Source: a bacterium (GTDB lineage: Bacteria > UBA8248). Taken from it: 64,000 nt of DNA. Each line of letters begins with the position of its first letter. Positions within the stretch are counted from its first letter, which is position 1. The stretch spans positions 1,344,001 through 1,408,000 of the forward strand of contig CBDBZY010000064.1 of NCBI GenBank assembly GCA_965213685.1. The letters are read 5' to 3'. The notes beneath the pieces are model-generated. The model saw only the letters and a list, made by a program, of their open reading frames with translations, ran no database searches and was not told the DNA's origin. Positions 12,845 to 26,800 of the stretch are shown here, piece after piece. Position numbers and translations under genes: made by a program.

Positions 12845-13930
12845 GAAAGTATGGAAAACATTTTCCAAAAATGCAGAGGGATGCAGGGATGGCAGTGCAG
12901 AAACCAGGTATAGGAATGGGGCAAGACAGGTTATAAAAAGACTACACAAGCAGTCCATCCCTACATCCTTTATATACTTAAAGTTGTTTGCGAGTTTAGC
13001 TATGAGGTTACTGGGAACATCAATGTGCGGTAAAAGCAGATGTAGGGATCAGGTTGTTTGTGTAGTATTCTTGGTCCTGCAATCCCTACATCTCTCTATA
13101 TTTTGGGAAAATGTTTTTCATACTTGTTTGTGTACTTTTTTCTTGCACACTGGTACACTAAAGGAGGATGTTGTTCTTGCAAGCTTGTTCCAGAATCCAA
13201 CAAACATATCAGTGATTAGAGGCACCACAGCTACCAGTCAGTGCCAGATATATGGGGGGTAAGGCTGCCTAAAAACCCTGTCATCAGTCAGTTTCGAAGT
13301 TGGGAGGCCGATGTCTTCTAACATTTCTGAGCTAGAGTAGTTTCCTCACTGTATCTGACTCGCAAACTCATACTGGTTGTACAATTGTACAGTGAAGTAA
13401 GATCCTGCTCGAACATTCCTTTCAGAGACAAAACAGCGAGTAGCCTTTGCTATGTCAAGAATTAATAGGTGTGGCTTTGTGAGGCCAGCCCCTCACGTGC
13501 TTACAATTTGTGTAATGTGACAATTATTAGAAAATGGCTTCCAAATATGGTGAAGTTGTCTGGGGCTTCTAGTTTCTGCCTATAGTAGAGAAGATACTAA
13601 AATTTTGTTAGTGCAGATCATACTTAGCGGTGATTACAGTGGAACTGTCAAAGAACTACAGCCAGTTTCGAGTAAAGTCCTTTGAAAAAATCTCATAAGA
13701 AGGAGAAGAATAGAAAATAAAATCTAATCCCTTACCTTTCAGCCATTATCCAGCATAGGTCAAGGAATGCATTTTAGCTACTTGTAGAGTATCGTTGGGT
13801 AGAGAAGTAGTGGAATAGACCATTCACATGCCAAGAAAAGCTTAAAACGTGAGTTAAGAAGGCTTTCCAATGTATGCGCACTATGGGCATGTTAGCGCCA
13901 TCCCTACATAGAGTGTCTACTGACTCTGAT
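12845..13930 (-). mobile_element. Inverted copy of the 'tgtagggatgg' family
   Basis: 13480-13930 is the reverse complement of 8208-8670; hairpin arms at about 12850-12970 and 13035-13125. Confidence 0.75.
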
Positions 13931-16739
13931 AGGACTTGCGGACATAAGGAAAACAGTATGAATAGGCATGGTGTCACAGGGCCAGCCCGAAATGGTTTCT
14001 AAGTGTGGGGGATGTTTGGGGCTCCTACTTTCTGCTCACCAGGATTTGGAATGGTACAAATATGTGGTAGAGATTGCAGTGGATTTGTCCGAAAACTATG
14101 GTGATTACTTTTGCCAGTTTTGAGAAATGCTGTTGAAGAACGTGGAGGTACTCAGAAGTGGAAATGACATGGTAACTGTTGAAGTGTAGGTTTGCAATAG
14201 CCGATGCACAGAGTCAGTGAAACTGTGATATACTGTACGTATGTGCTTCAGAGAGCACATAAAGTACCCTGAGGGCACATAATTATATGTATTCCCAAGG
14301 GTGTAGCCTGAGGGAATACGTATAAGTGATAGAAGGGTACCCTACACCTGCAGAATCCCATGGTATGACTTACTTGTACCATGATGCATCCTAATTGCTG
14401 TTTATGACATTAAATATTGTCAATAGTTATGACAAGAACACCAAGGTTGCCATGGTAGCCTATACACCTCAGTCACTTACGTCTAGACGCACCAACAGCT
14501 TTGACAAGGACAGATTTTGAACAATTCGGTTGCCATGGCAGCCATTTACCCTATGGATATACCCTGGAGTAGGGTGTTCTACCCTGTGGCAATGTCTTTG
14601 ACCCTCTGTGCATCTCTATATCGGAAAGTCGGTAGACTGTCTATGTAGGGATGGTGCCAACACACCCATAGTGTCTGTACACATAAATGTCCCTAGCACT
14701 AAAGTTATACACCTTTCTAGGTACCTAACTATCTTATTCCAGCATTTCTCCACCTAATTACACCCCCTAAGTAGCTAAAACACAACACTAGACTTACCAA
14801 TCAGTAACATATCTATCCGATTCGACTGTGTATAGAAGATGAAGTTCTAGCACTGCGTATACGAAGGTGGACGCCTTTTTGTGACAGTTCCACAGGTGAT
14901 ATTGTTTGTGATGTAAGCAACTTATGTACATGCTAGACCCCCTCCTTCCGCAACGCGGGCACGCGGCTGCAGTCTAGCAAATCTTGCACTTGATCGCGTT
15001 TCTCAGGAATCTAATTTGCCCATATTTAACCCTTTAATTACGATAGTGCCTAAGGCATTTTCCCGCAAAATTACGATAACCGTACCTTTAGGCATGGTTT
15101 TCAAGGTATACCTACGTCGTATAAGGAAGCGTGTTTGGCGATAAAACTTCTCTAAAACTATGCAGTCTAAATGACTATTTCGTAGCGTTAGGTACCGCTT
15201 CGATAGGGAAGAAGTTAAAAGAGGGGGCGTGAACTTCGTTATTCGCGAGTGCTGACTCAGCATCATTGTTCGAGAAGCGGCACTGTTACGGCGTTTGTAT
15301 TGCTATACCGTGCGTCCTTACTTCAGGAAGCTTTAGACACATCGCTATGACGTTGCTAGAAGTTTCAGAGCTGCTTCATACACGTAGCCACTGCTAAAGC
15401 CTAATTGACATAATCCAATTGACCGCTTACCGTAGTACGGGAGGCTAATAAATTTAACCATTCCGGATATAAAGAGCTATCACACCCACACAGTACTTAA
15501 GCACTACTGCAAAGCTATGAATATAGTTGGGACACATCACACCTGTGCAATCTGATTGGTCAGCTGAAACGCAATCAAGTGCTAGACCCTCTCCCCGCGC
15601 GCGGCTTTGCCGCGCGCCTAGCGGAAGGAGAGGGTCTAGCGTGCTAGACTACTTAATGTACTCTAGTTCCTGTACAGCATCTTTCTGCTTACGAGTTGTT
15701 CATTCTTCTTTCTCTACCTGTCTGTTGATAAGACGCGTGCACCGTCTATTGGACCTATTGGCGGATGCATTAATAGCGAGGCCCGTTAGCGAACCTACCA
15801 TTCCAGCTTTCTATTTTCTCGATCACTAGAATTCCCTGGCAGAGGCTACCATAGTCACTGATTTGTGTCTGAAAGGAATGTGTTCGAGCAGCATATTACG
15901 TCACTGTACTATTTTAAAACAAACGTCAATGTAACTGGTAGCCAGTCAGACACATTGAGGTAGCTATTCTAGCTCAGGGTTTTTGGAGCCCCCAACTTCA
16001 TAAGTGATGATGGTGTTCATGTCCTTCCCTACACTCACATTTCTGTCCCTGACTGGTAGATGATCATTGATCAATATTTCTGAAAGCAGCTTGCAAGAAC
16101 AGTATCCACAACAAAATGAAAAGCACTAAAGTGCAAACCCTCAGCACAGTTTCATTGTAGCCTTGTTACTCAGACCCTTTCCTCGAACGGATATAATGAT
16201 CACGTCACACATGATGACTATCTGTTCAAGGAAAGGGTCTGGGGACGAGATTAGTTGCACTACATGCTACCTCAGCCTGCACAGATGATGCAAGTACTGT
16301 TGGTTTAAGTCCACTCAATTGGGCTATAGTCTAGTGTCCTGCCTTGTCCTGCATGTTGTAGGGTCTGTGCACGTATGCGTGTGCACATACATGCACTTTA
16401 GCCATGTATACACATGCGCCTACGCTGGACCATTATCGCACTAGCTTTACGGACATGAAATGAAGAGGTATATGAAACATTGCAAGGTGAACAAAATGGC
16501 AGACTTGAGCTAGCTCTGTCCCAGGTAAGCTTATAATGCTTCTAACTTTATAACAAAGCAGTTTTAGAGAAAACGCCTTTTCCTTTTTGTGAAAATTGTG
16601 CCACTCAAGCCGCTAGTGCCTTCGGTTAGACGTCTACTAATGCCAGTCTGCAGATTAGCTCCCGTGGACAGAAACACACGCACAGACACACAGGACAACT
16701 GCAGTAACCCTCTGGTGCATGCGCGCCAAGGGTTAAAAA

Positions 16740-17075
16740 GCACACAAACAAGTACAAAGAATAATTTTCCAAAACTGTAGAGGGATGTAGGGATGGCAGT
16801 GCCAAAAATAACAGGAACTTCCTAGGTATAAGGATGGCAGTGTCCAGGCAAGACTGGGCATACAAACACTACGCAAGTAATGGCATCCCTACATCTTTTT
16901 TTGAATGTGGCAGTCCTTGCTCTGAAATTACAGGGAACAATCTTGCACAGGAAAAGAAGTTGTAGGGATGGGTTACTGGTGTAGTGCTTGTATGCCCTGT
17001 CCTGCCTGGACACTGCCTTCCCTATACCTAGTTTCTGTGGTTTTTGACACTGCCATCCTTTACATCCTCTACATC
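16740..17075. repeat. Hairpin module of the 'tgtagggatgg' family
   Basis: gggatgtagggatggcagtgccaaaaa ... ttttgacactgccatcc; inner arms gatggcagtgtccaggca / tgcctggacactgcc. Confidence 0.75.
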
Positions 17076-17776
17076 CCTCTAGGTATTTTAAAACTATATA
17101 CTTGTTTTTTAGAGCACGGCTACTCTGAATAGACCCCTTGCAGTGACGTCATTTCACACGTAATTTTGTTAGCAACGGTTGCTATCCGCTATGTTGGCAC
17201 ACATACAGTGTAGTAAACATGCTTCGTGGGTACTCGTGGACGATAGTAGATGCTGAATTGAGGAAGAGATATGTAGACAAACTTCAGATAGTCAATGGTA
17301 TTGACCTGTATGAATTGGAAAGAAGCGATAATATCAGCCTATTGCAGCCAGCAACTATGCCACTTCAAGTTTGCCAGTATCTGATTTTATCTGATTGTGT
17401 CTCCCAGCCCCTAAACGAACAAGGCCGTAGGAGCTGCAGCGGCCAGGGTGGCCATGGCCGCTACACTTTTTTGCAGCTCATTAAATATTCATTACCACTT
17501 TTGGTGGCATGGGCGTGGCCACGAGTCTGCGAACAGTAAACTTAACTATTGCGCTATCAGTGCTCAGGCTAATATCTCCCACAATTGGTCATCATCCTCA
17601 CCAACCGCACGAATTCAAGTTCCCCAAAAGAGAATTCAGTCAGCAAACGAAAGTGAAGGTTCGTGGTTCAACAATGGAGTTGGCTGAAACTGGCTCAAAA
17701 TCCACCTGAAAATTTAAAACCTTTTTGCATGCCCCCAGACCCCCCTAGTAAGTGTGTGCGAAGCACGCACATTATA

Positions 17777-19259
17777 CAGTGCTCCACGCAAAGAGACCGA
17801 AAACCACATTTTTGAAGTTTATGTAAGTTTACTGAATCATGCTATAGGCTAGTGGGACAAACTATATATCAAAATAATCCCCCTTCATCAGGGAGTAATT
17901 GAGTGTAATGGCATTCTGTCATGTGACAGTCACGTGAACAAAATGGCGGTGAAAGCAACACGATTTTGAAAAATGTTAGGCTGATTATTTGTGCAAATGT
18001 ACGAGTTAAGATCTGAAAATGCAACATAACACTTCTACCCTAAGGGGTTATATGTGGACCCACTATCATGAAGCAAATCCCAACTGTTTCCCTACAGTGA
18101 AAGAAAACGATGGTTTTTGAGGGCCTCTTCCGTTAGGCTCAGGAAATGCGCAGGTTTTGTAGCTAAGCTTTGAAACTTTGCATGCAACGTCCTCAGTCCT
18201 CATATTTTCATCACATACTCACCTCCGGTAGTACCCTCAAAGCTTATCTCTGCAAGCGAGCCTAACCTACCAGAGCATCACATTTCGGCGGCCATCTTGC
18301 CCATTCGGGACGTGTACACTTTTCAATGCAATCCTGGTGACGTTTCATTATTGCACGTGCTGGTTACGAGGTTGATATTGCGTGTGCGGTTGTGTCGACG
18401 AGCAGAGGATGGCCTAGTGCCAGTGAGCTTCCCTCGCTTCTTTTGTGGCACAGGTCAGAGGCGTCATGTTCTATGGGCTGCAGTTGTATGAGGCTAGGCA
18501 GGGAGAGAATGTTGCGCTGGTTAGGAGGCCTAACAACCGTATGACAGCAACTGTTTGGAAGTGAGACTGGTGCGCAGTTGAATGTCCTTTGTGCTGGGTC
18601 ACCTGGCAGTGGAAGTTGCTGTGCACCTGTCTCCGTTGCTGTGTGATGCTTCTCCATGTGAGGTGGAATGTTACACATTCTGGAGATCATGACCTTCTGT
18701 GACATCACGTTCACCACTTTGAAATCTACACACTTAATGTAGGGTCTCAAAAATGGCCGCCAAAAGTAGCATTTTGGTACAGAAGGCTTGCTTGCGGAGA
18801 TACACTTCAAGGGTACTATTGGAGGTGAGTATGCGATGAAAATATGAGGACTTAGGATGTTCCATGTGAAGTTTCGAAGCTTAACTACAAAACCTGCGCA
18901 TTTCCTGAGCCTAACGGAAGAGGCCCTCAAAAACCATCGTTTCTTTCACTGTAGGAAAATAGTTGGGATAGTGGGTCCACACATAGCCCCTTGGGGTAGA
19001 AGTGTTATGTTGCATTTTCAGATCTTACCTCGTACATTTGCACAAATAATCCGCCTAACTTATTTTTCAAAATCGTGTTGCTTTCACTGCCATTTTGTTC
19101 ACATGATTGTCACATGACAGAATGCCATTACACTCAATTACTCCCTGATGATGGGGGATTATTTTGATATATAGTTTGTCCCACTAGCATATAGCATGAT
19201 TCAGTAAATTCACAAAAACTTCAAAAATGTGGTTTTCGGTCTCTTTGCGTGGAGCACTG
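17777..19259. mobile_element. Foldback element with very long TIRs, CAGTG...CACTG termini and TA TSD (Tc1/mariner-type non-autonomous)
   Basis: ta|cagtgctccacgcaaagagaccgaaaaccac ... gtggttttcggtctctttgcgtggagcactg|ta; arms pair over roughly 500 bp. Confidence 0.85.
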
Positions 19260-19296
19260 TACACAATCATAATATTATTTGAATATGCCGCTAATG

Positions 19297-19383
19297 TAGC
19301 CTCGTTCCCCGGTTCGATTTTGATTCTTGTGTAGTCAAACGGCATGCACATGCCCTAGAGGGCAGAGTGTGGGAATGAGGCTG
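19297..19383. mobile_element. Short Academ-type MITE with 9-bp TSD
   Basis: tagcctcgttccc ... gggaatgaggctg; flanks ccgctaatg / tcgctaatg. Confidence 0.7.
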
Positions 19384-19529
19384 TCGCTAATGGCCTCTCC
19401 ACTTTTTACTTGCTTCCTACGGGCCTGATGAAGGCAGATCTACTAAAGTACAAGAGTTTCTTCTTCTCTTCTCATTGTAGAGCTCTCTCTTAACGACCTT
19501 CAGCTATCACTGTTGTACCCTCAGGTGCT

Positions 19530-19843
19530 CCGCCTAGCCGCTTCGATGGTGCCCAGTTCACAGGGTTGTTAGTAATAGTATCATACAAGGAGCTAGGTTT
19601 CCCTATTGAGATAAACATGCATATTTATCTGTAGGACATGCACTTGTATTTTACTTACCTAATACAAATTACGAGAGCATACCCTTTTGCGGCCCTAAGT
19701 CCTGCCTGTGAATTAGATATTTCGCCGCTGCTGGCTCAGCTTACAAGTTCCTTTGCCCTGATTGTGTACGACTGCAGGCAGACAGTACCCTTTATCCCGG
19801 TTGGACCTGCTCCCGCAGCTAACGACGGCCCAAAGTTAACCAT
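19530..19843 (-). pseudogene. Degenerate THAP-domain exons (transposase N-terminus)
   Basis: With one frameshift reads MVNF.AVVSCGSRSNRDKGYCLPAVVHNQGKGTCKLSQQRR...RVCSR, then a GT-AG intron, then GKPSSLYDTITNNPVNWAPS, as in THAP domains. Confidence 0.65.
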
Positions 19844-20009
19844 ATTTACAGCCACTCCCACTCGTGTAGCAACCGGATTGTCCTCCAAGATGGCCGACAC
19901 GTATTACGTAATTCATTGATGACGTCAATGCAAGGAGTCTATAACAAACCTCTAGGTATTTTGAAAACTATTATACTTGTTTTTAAGAGCACGGCTACTC
20001 CGAATAGCA

Positions 20010-20770
20010 AACTTTGCTGGCAACATCTAAAGTCCTCACATTTTCATCGCATGCTTACTTACTTTAGCGGTCTAGAAGTATATCCCCGTGAACGCGCCTT
20101 CTCCGCGAGAGCGCTACCTATCGGCGGCCATTTTCTAGACGTTACATTGGCTCCATACATTTCATTGTAGTGAATGCAACGTCACGGAACGTATTGTTAT
20201 AACCTTTGACCTCGGGTTTTCCGCTTTCTCCTCCGTTTTTTACGTCATGTAACGTCATCGGCGTAACGTTGTGGCGCAGTAAACGTCATCCATGGGCAAG
20301 ATGGCCGCCGAAAAGTAGCGCTCTCACGAAGATGGCGCGCTCGCGGGGATTATTGTGCGATGAAAATATAAGGACTTAAGATGTTGCCTGCAAAGTTTGG
20401 AAGCTTAACTACATTAACTGTGCATTTCCCGAGCCTAATGGCAAAGGTCCTCAAAAACCACTGTTGTCTTCTGCTGTGCAATAGTTGAGGTTTGCTTCGT
20501 GAAAGTGAGTTCACATATACCCCCCAGTATGAGTGTTTTTCTGCATTTTCAGATCTTAACTCGTACGCGTGCACAAATAATCAGCCTAACTTTTCACTGC
20601 CATTTTGTTCACGTGACTGTCACATGACGGAGTGATATTATAATCAGATTATTCCCTGATGATGGAAGATTAACTTGGTATAGAGTGTGACCCACTAGCA
20701 TATACCCTGAGAGAGTGAAATCACAAAAACTTCAAAAGTGTGGTTTTCGGTTTCTTCATGTGGAGCACTG
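20010..20770. mobile_element. Diverged partial copy of the CAGTG foldback family
   Basis: Ends gtggttttcggtttcttcatgtggagcactg|ta; internal inverted arms at about 20010-20135 and 20295-20400. Confidence 0.7.
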
Positions 20771-21139
20771 TACTGTAACTACTTATGCAATGAAAATACA
20801 AGATTTATTGCACAAGGCCCAAGGGTGCAGCCCAAGGGCCGAGTGCAATAGAATCTGATACATCCTGAGTGGGCGTGTCATAATTAGCTTGTTGCAACTG
20901 CCTGCATTTCCATTTTAAAGCGGTTTGAACTGGATGAAGGCAGTTGAAACCATTTCCTCAGGTGGTGCTTCTTTGGCTTTGGCCAGTTATTGCACAGGTC
21001 ATGCCAGTTATTGCACGCTTGAAGCCAGTACTAGGCGCCAGAAAGTGCACTAGTCGATTTAACATCCTGGCGGCACCTTTGATGTACACACGCAGTATGC
21101 AAACTTAATCAACTTAATCTGATCATCAGGATACATTCT

Positions 21140-21816
21140 ATCATGTGACAATCACGTGAACAAAACGACGGTGAGGTATATAAAAACTTTAGCAAATGTA
21201 CGAGTTAATATTAGAAAATGCAATAAAACACTTATAGCCTCGGGAGCTATATGTGAACTCACTTTCACGAAGCAAATCTCAACTATTTCTGCACGACAAA
21301 AGAAAATTTAAGACAGTGATATCTGAGGACCTCTGCCTTTAGGAGAAGGAAATGCACAGTTCTTGTAGTTAACCTCCAGACTTCACATGCAGCATCTTAA
21401 GTTCTTGCATTTTCATTGCATAAGTAGTCACAGTAGCAGTCCAGAAGTATATCCCCGCAAGTGTGCCATCTTCTTGAGAGCACTACTTTCCGGTGGCCAT
21501 ATTGCCCATGGATGACGTTTACTGCTCCACAATGTAATACTGATGATGTTACATGACGTAAAAAATGAAGGAAAACCCTAGAGTATGTTCCGTGACATTC
21601 ACCGCAATGAAACAAATGTATCATCATGAAAAGGGCTGCTGAAAGGTAGTGCTCTCACAGAGAAAGCATGTTCACGGGGATAGACCACTACAATAAGTAA
21701 GCATGCAATGAAAATATAAGGACTTTAGATGTTGCGTGCAAAGTTTGGAGGCAAGTGCAAACTTCAAACTGCATTTCTGCATAAAGTGTGGTTTTCTGAC
21801 TCTGTGTGGAGCACTG
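21140..21816. mobile_element. Older diverged copy of the CAGTG foldback family
   Basis: tcatgtgacaatcacgtgaacaaaa matches 17918-17943; ends gtggttttctgactctgtgtggagcactg. Confidence 0.65.
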
Positions 21817-23850
21817 CAATAGCATACAAAGGACATCTACATGTACTTTCACAGATACACAATGACACATACAGAAAAATAATTGTACACTGTGCCATAT
21901 ACTCGCATCATCAGAGTACAGTATAATAGGCAGCACTTTTAGTGATATTAACATACTCACATGTATATCCATGCTCCACATAGTGACATTTCTGAATACT
22001 TGGCAATGAAAACATTTTCAGCACCCTTGAAATTGTACACACTCCATAGTGTTACACAGGTATATATACATGTACTGGTAAGAGGATTCATAGTAGGGAA
22101 CTGTACATCATTTCCAAAGCAATCAAGTTTTAGACCAAATTCTCATTTGTCCTTTTAACTTAGAGTGAATTATTGCAAAACTCAAGGTCAGGAAATAATT
22201 GTAAGTATAGCCATATGTACATGTATGTACATATGTACATAGCTACATGTAGATCAATACCCACTCATGTTGCAGCGTACTATACTAGTGTAGTTCTTTG
22301 TAAGTATACTGTATGTTACAATGAGAACAAAATGAAAGAGTGGATGGGTTTTCGAACTCACCATGGCATCTAAAACTAACCTGTTCATCAATAGTAGGAA
22401 ATGTCCAAGAGTGCCACTTTGATCCATAAAGATGGCTTCTGAAGGGTTGGTTGTATAGCAAAATAATTATATACATGGTAAAACCCCACCAGTGGTCCAG
22501 CACAACATTATGATGCATATGCAAACCTTGTCTTTCAGATTGTGATTGGAAATGGTGCATATTTCACACCCATTATAATTTTGTCAGATGTGAAGTTTCC
22601 GCGAGAAACATTCCTCCAATTAGAGCACATGATGTAAAGAAAGGTGTCACAGGAAATGTTGTTGTCCAGAAATTCTGTTGCCACTACAAATTTACTAGAG
22701 AATCCTATCACTCTATTTCAGCTTAGTGACCATACGTATTTCCTAAGAAAACATGCTGCATCACGAAAAAATTGCCACTGCAGTAGCCCTAAGGTTGCAT
22801 CTAGTGCAAGAGGAAGGAAGAAATTTATAGGTGTGGCTTCATGAGGCCAGCATGAGAGCAGCCCTCTCTAGTCTTGACTCAACCAGAGGAGGTGGGACAT
22901 TACATAATTCAACATGACATCACATGACCATGCACGTAATCTGTGATGAAAATAATTGCATGCTTTCGAGTTCAAAGTACATATTAGGCATACCTATGTG
23001 AGCCTGCACCTGGGTTGCTACAGTGTAGGAGCAGTCAAGCTCTCACTCAAGGATTGTGCTGTTGATTCTGCCCTAGTCACTCTTAGTCACCCTAAGCATA
23101 TTACCGATCATGGAAGGGAATGGCAGACTAGCAATTAAGGGTATATCTCTTCAGCAACCTAGGGATTGGGCGGAGTTCGAACAACATTTGGATTCAGCCC
23201 ATGATCTATTGAATGAGATGCCTATCATGCACACTTTTGCTACAAAAACATATAGCCGACCTGTAGCGAGAGCATGGTGTGTGAGAGAAACTGTGCATTA
23301 CAAGTATATACATGATGGCTGTTGCAGCTTCGAGTTGTCAACCACAAAGCGAATGCATGCCACGTACTTTTGGTGTAAATATTATTCCTATGAAGGTGTA
23401 GCTCCCACGTACACACACATTGATGGCATGAAGAAGTAGCAAGTAGATAGTGACCATTGCAGCTTCAAGCAGACAACCAGCAAGCTCATGCAACAGAGAA
23501 TGTGTAGGTTTAGTGTATGCGTACTTCAATGAACGCACTCAACGGATGTATGCACCCTCCTCTGTACATACGCAAGAAGCATTGACAGCATGAAGGTAGG
23601 GGCAAGTAGCAAGTAGATGGTGGCTGTTGCAGCTAGCTAGCTGTAGCAGCTATCACCTACCTGCTGGTTGTCCCTGCCTTCAAGTGAACTTGTGCTAACA
23701 TGCTACAAATATGCGTCAGTATGGATTGTACTCTTCTGAATGTGTAATGTCAATGCCACATGTGGTTCATGCATAACACTGTGAGCATATATACATCAAC
23801 TAACTCACTGATAGTGTAGTGATTCCGCACTATTAATCCTTCTAGGAACA

Positions 23851-26800
23851 CTAATTCTTTGTGGGAATGCTGAGGCCTTGGGCACTACAAAATGTGATTT
23901 GGAACACCTTTGCTGAGACACCAATACACACATCATACAAACCAACTAACATTGTGCTGAAGGCATTGATGTTCTTCTGTGTCCACTTGGTGCTGTGAGA
24001 GTAGTGTATTTTAGTCTGTATAATAGTAACACATGTTGACATACCAGTTTACCTTCTTCCTTAGCTGATCTTTCATCCTACACAAAAGTGAAGTTCACCC
24101 TTACACAAAGTACACATTTTACACTTTTACTAATCACCTTTCCACCATCAGGTTGTAAACCATTTCTCAGCTTGGCAAGATACTCCTTTTGTCTCTGAAT
24201 CTCCATCTTCTCATGTTCTAATCTGTTTTTAAGGCAATAGGTACATGTATTAGGATGAACAGGAGCCCATAAGCACCGCAAAGTGGTGCCACTTTGCGGT
24301 GCTTATGGGCTCCCGGTATGAACAACTGTGTTCCTGTGATAGTTTGTGAGTATCATTGTAAATCATGTTCTTCTTGTTGCTACCACTGATAATAGAAGGT
24401 GGGCCTAAACTAAAAAGCACATGCTAGCTGAGCTTTAAATACATGTTACTAGACACTACGTAGCACAGATATTAGGCACCCAAATGTCCCAGCATAGGTA
24501 CATCTAAACAGATGCGCAAAAACAACCACTTCACACAAAGTTTGAACATTCTCTACAAACTCTGCCAATATGGTATGCAGAGTGATTGACACTAGTATCA
24601 CATAAACATGAGTACCCATTATTAAGTTATGCAGAGGTGTACGGTACAGAATTTGCTAACCTGCCATGGCAACCACAATAAAGTTTTGCAGAGACTAGTT
24701 TTTCCTTTCACACACATACACATAACATAACATAACACTGCTGGAAACAGATAATAAGCATAAGCAAAGAGGTTTGGTGTATGCCTTCACACTGGCATAC
24801 AAGTAAGGTATAATGCATTTACAATGTTATTTCACTCTCAGTCATTGTGGTTTGCCGAGTACCTTGGTACAATTGGATAGTTGATAGTACTTGGTCGTCT
24901 GAGTGTTTGAGTAAGGTGTTAGGCCAAAAACACCTCAGAAGGATGTTGACTAGACCTAAGGATCCAGTTGCTCTGAACTTGTGAGCTAGTATCATGCACA
25001 GGATACTTTGTGAGTATTGTACAAAGGCTTAAAAAGGACAGTCTGGAAGATTTCTGTCATGCAGATTGAAGGAGCACAAATGTGCAGTATGAATTGGTGA
25101 CATGAACACCTCAGCCATAGCTGAACATGCATGGCAGGCAAAACAACACATCAATTGTTTATCAGCAGAGGTGTTGGACTCAGAACGATTTTTGTCTTCA
25201 CAATTATTGGAATCATGGTATACTAATTATACATCCACTGATAGCCCAATCCTGAGATTGTGGCTTGCTACCAATGAAGTATCACTCTCTCATCAAGAAT
25301 ATGTAGCTCTAAAATTATCAGTAAGTACTTTTTGGTGTTCTCTCCATTTCAGACGTCTGAATAGACACAAAAACACTGGAGAGTACTATGTTCATTACTA
25401 CAGCTAGCAAACAAGAGGAACTATCTACACATTACCTAGCCACACAGGCTTATACTAGATCTGAATCATTATCTGTTTCCAGCAGTGTTCGTCAAGGTTG
25501 TGTGCTGTCTCATGTATTGTGCTGTTTGCTGTGTATTTGCCCATTTGGATGTAGACCTGATCATAACAGTGTTGAGTATTGCTGGGGAGTTATTGCCAAG
25601 CGCCATACCATGAGGGATCCAATTTCGCAGCACTATTTGTATGTGTGTATGCTTGTAAGTATGCTTTTCTGCACATGTGCCTGTATGTAATACTGAAATT
25701 AATGTGTTGCAGGAAACTAAGTAACGAAAGTCATCATTTCCATAGTACATACCTCTTTTTTTCTAACTCCAGTTTTGCAAGTTTCACTTCATACTCTGTT
25801 GCAGTTTCTTTTTTGAGACGTTCTTGTTCCTAAACAATGACGTGTGAAGTTAAAAGTACATGATCAAATGTAGTGACATACTCACCTTCAGCAGAGCTTG
25901 TTTGAATTCTTCTGAGTCAGCTATTTTCTGATCACCACCATGCAGGAGCTGTGCATTATTACATAGTCAGTACAGGCTTTTTCTATTTGTACAATGAATC
26001 ATTCTCACATATGGACATGTATGTGCAAGTTACCATGTTCTCTAGCTGTTGTATTCTAGACAATAGTTTTTCCTTGTCTGCCTTTGCTTCAGTGACAATC
26101 TTCTCTTGAATCTCCAGCTTTGACTTCACTTCATCCTACATTTCACAAAAGCAAAATACACCTGATAGTGCAAATGATGTACATTCAGTGGCCTAGAGGG
26201 AATCTGCAGACTGAAAATACTTGCACACAGTCAATTGTACTAATAATCACTAGAGATCACATACCCCAATAGTCTGGCACACCTACATCTACAAGTACAG
26301 TCATGTGCAGCTCTGTTTCAGGTTTGTACTCAGACCCAGCAAGGGGTAGGGGGTAGTTGTACACATGCAACAAGTTTAGACCTACATGTACCCTATAGTG
26401 TGTGATATTGTAATGGTCATCCTTTTGCTAACTAGGAAAAGAAACATGGAATGGAACACTTGCTTGCTGTAACATGTGTGTACAAACATTGATTGTACCA
26501 TAAATAACCTGCTACTATCAAAGATATGCATACAATGCACACATATATGTATACTAGGCTGACCCTTTTAAGGGCAATTATGCAAACACAATCCTGGTGC
26601 CACAACAAAATGGGGCTAGTTCTCTGGTGTACGTACCTATGTATGTAAATAACGGTGTACCTACATATGTACATAATGGGCTCGGGGGATAAAAATCAAA
26701 CAAAATACAGGACCTTTTCCCTCTGAGCTTCTAGTCTCTCTCTTTGAAGTTGCTGGAGTTCAGGATTTGAATCTTTAGTCCTAAAGGTCATGAGTAAAAT

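Larger units (their letters stand above)
17131..19940. mobile_element. ISL2EU/Harbinger-group transposon remnant with two convergent degenerate ORFs, carrying nested insertions
   Basis: TIR agaccccttgcagtgacgtca / tgacgtcaatgcaaggagtct with AT on both flanks; plus-strand start LRKRYVDKLQIVNGIDLYEL; THAP-like remnant on the minus strand at the other end. Confidence 0.65.

Noticed and set aside
22380-22800. Additional 3' kinesin exons
   Set aside because: No open in-phase continuation could be established from sequence alone.
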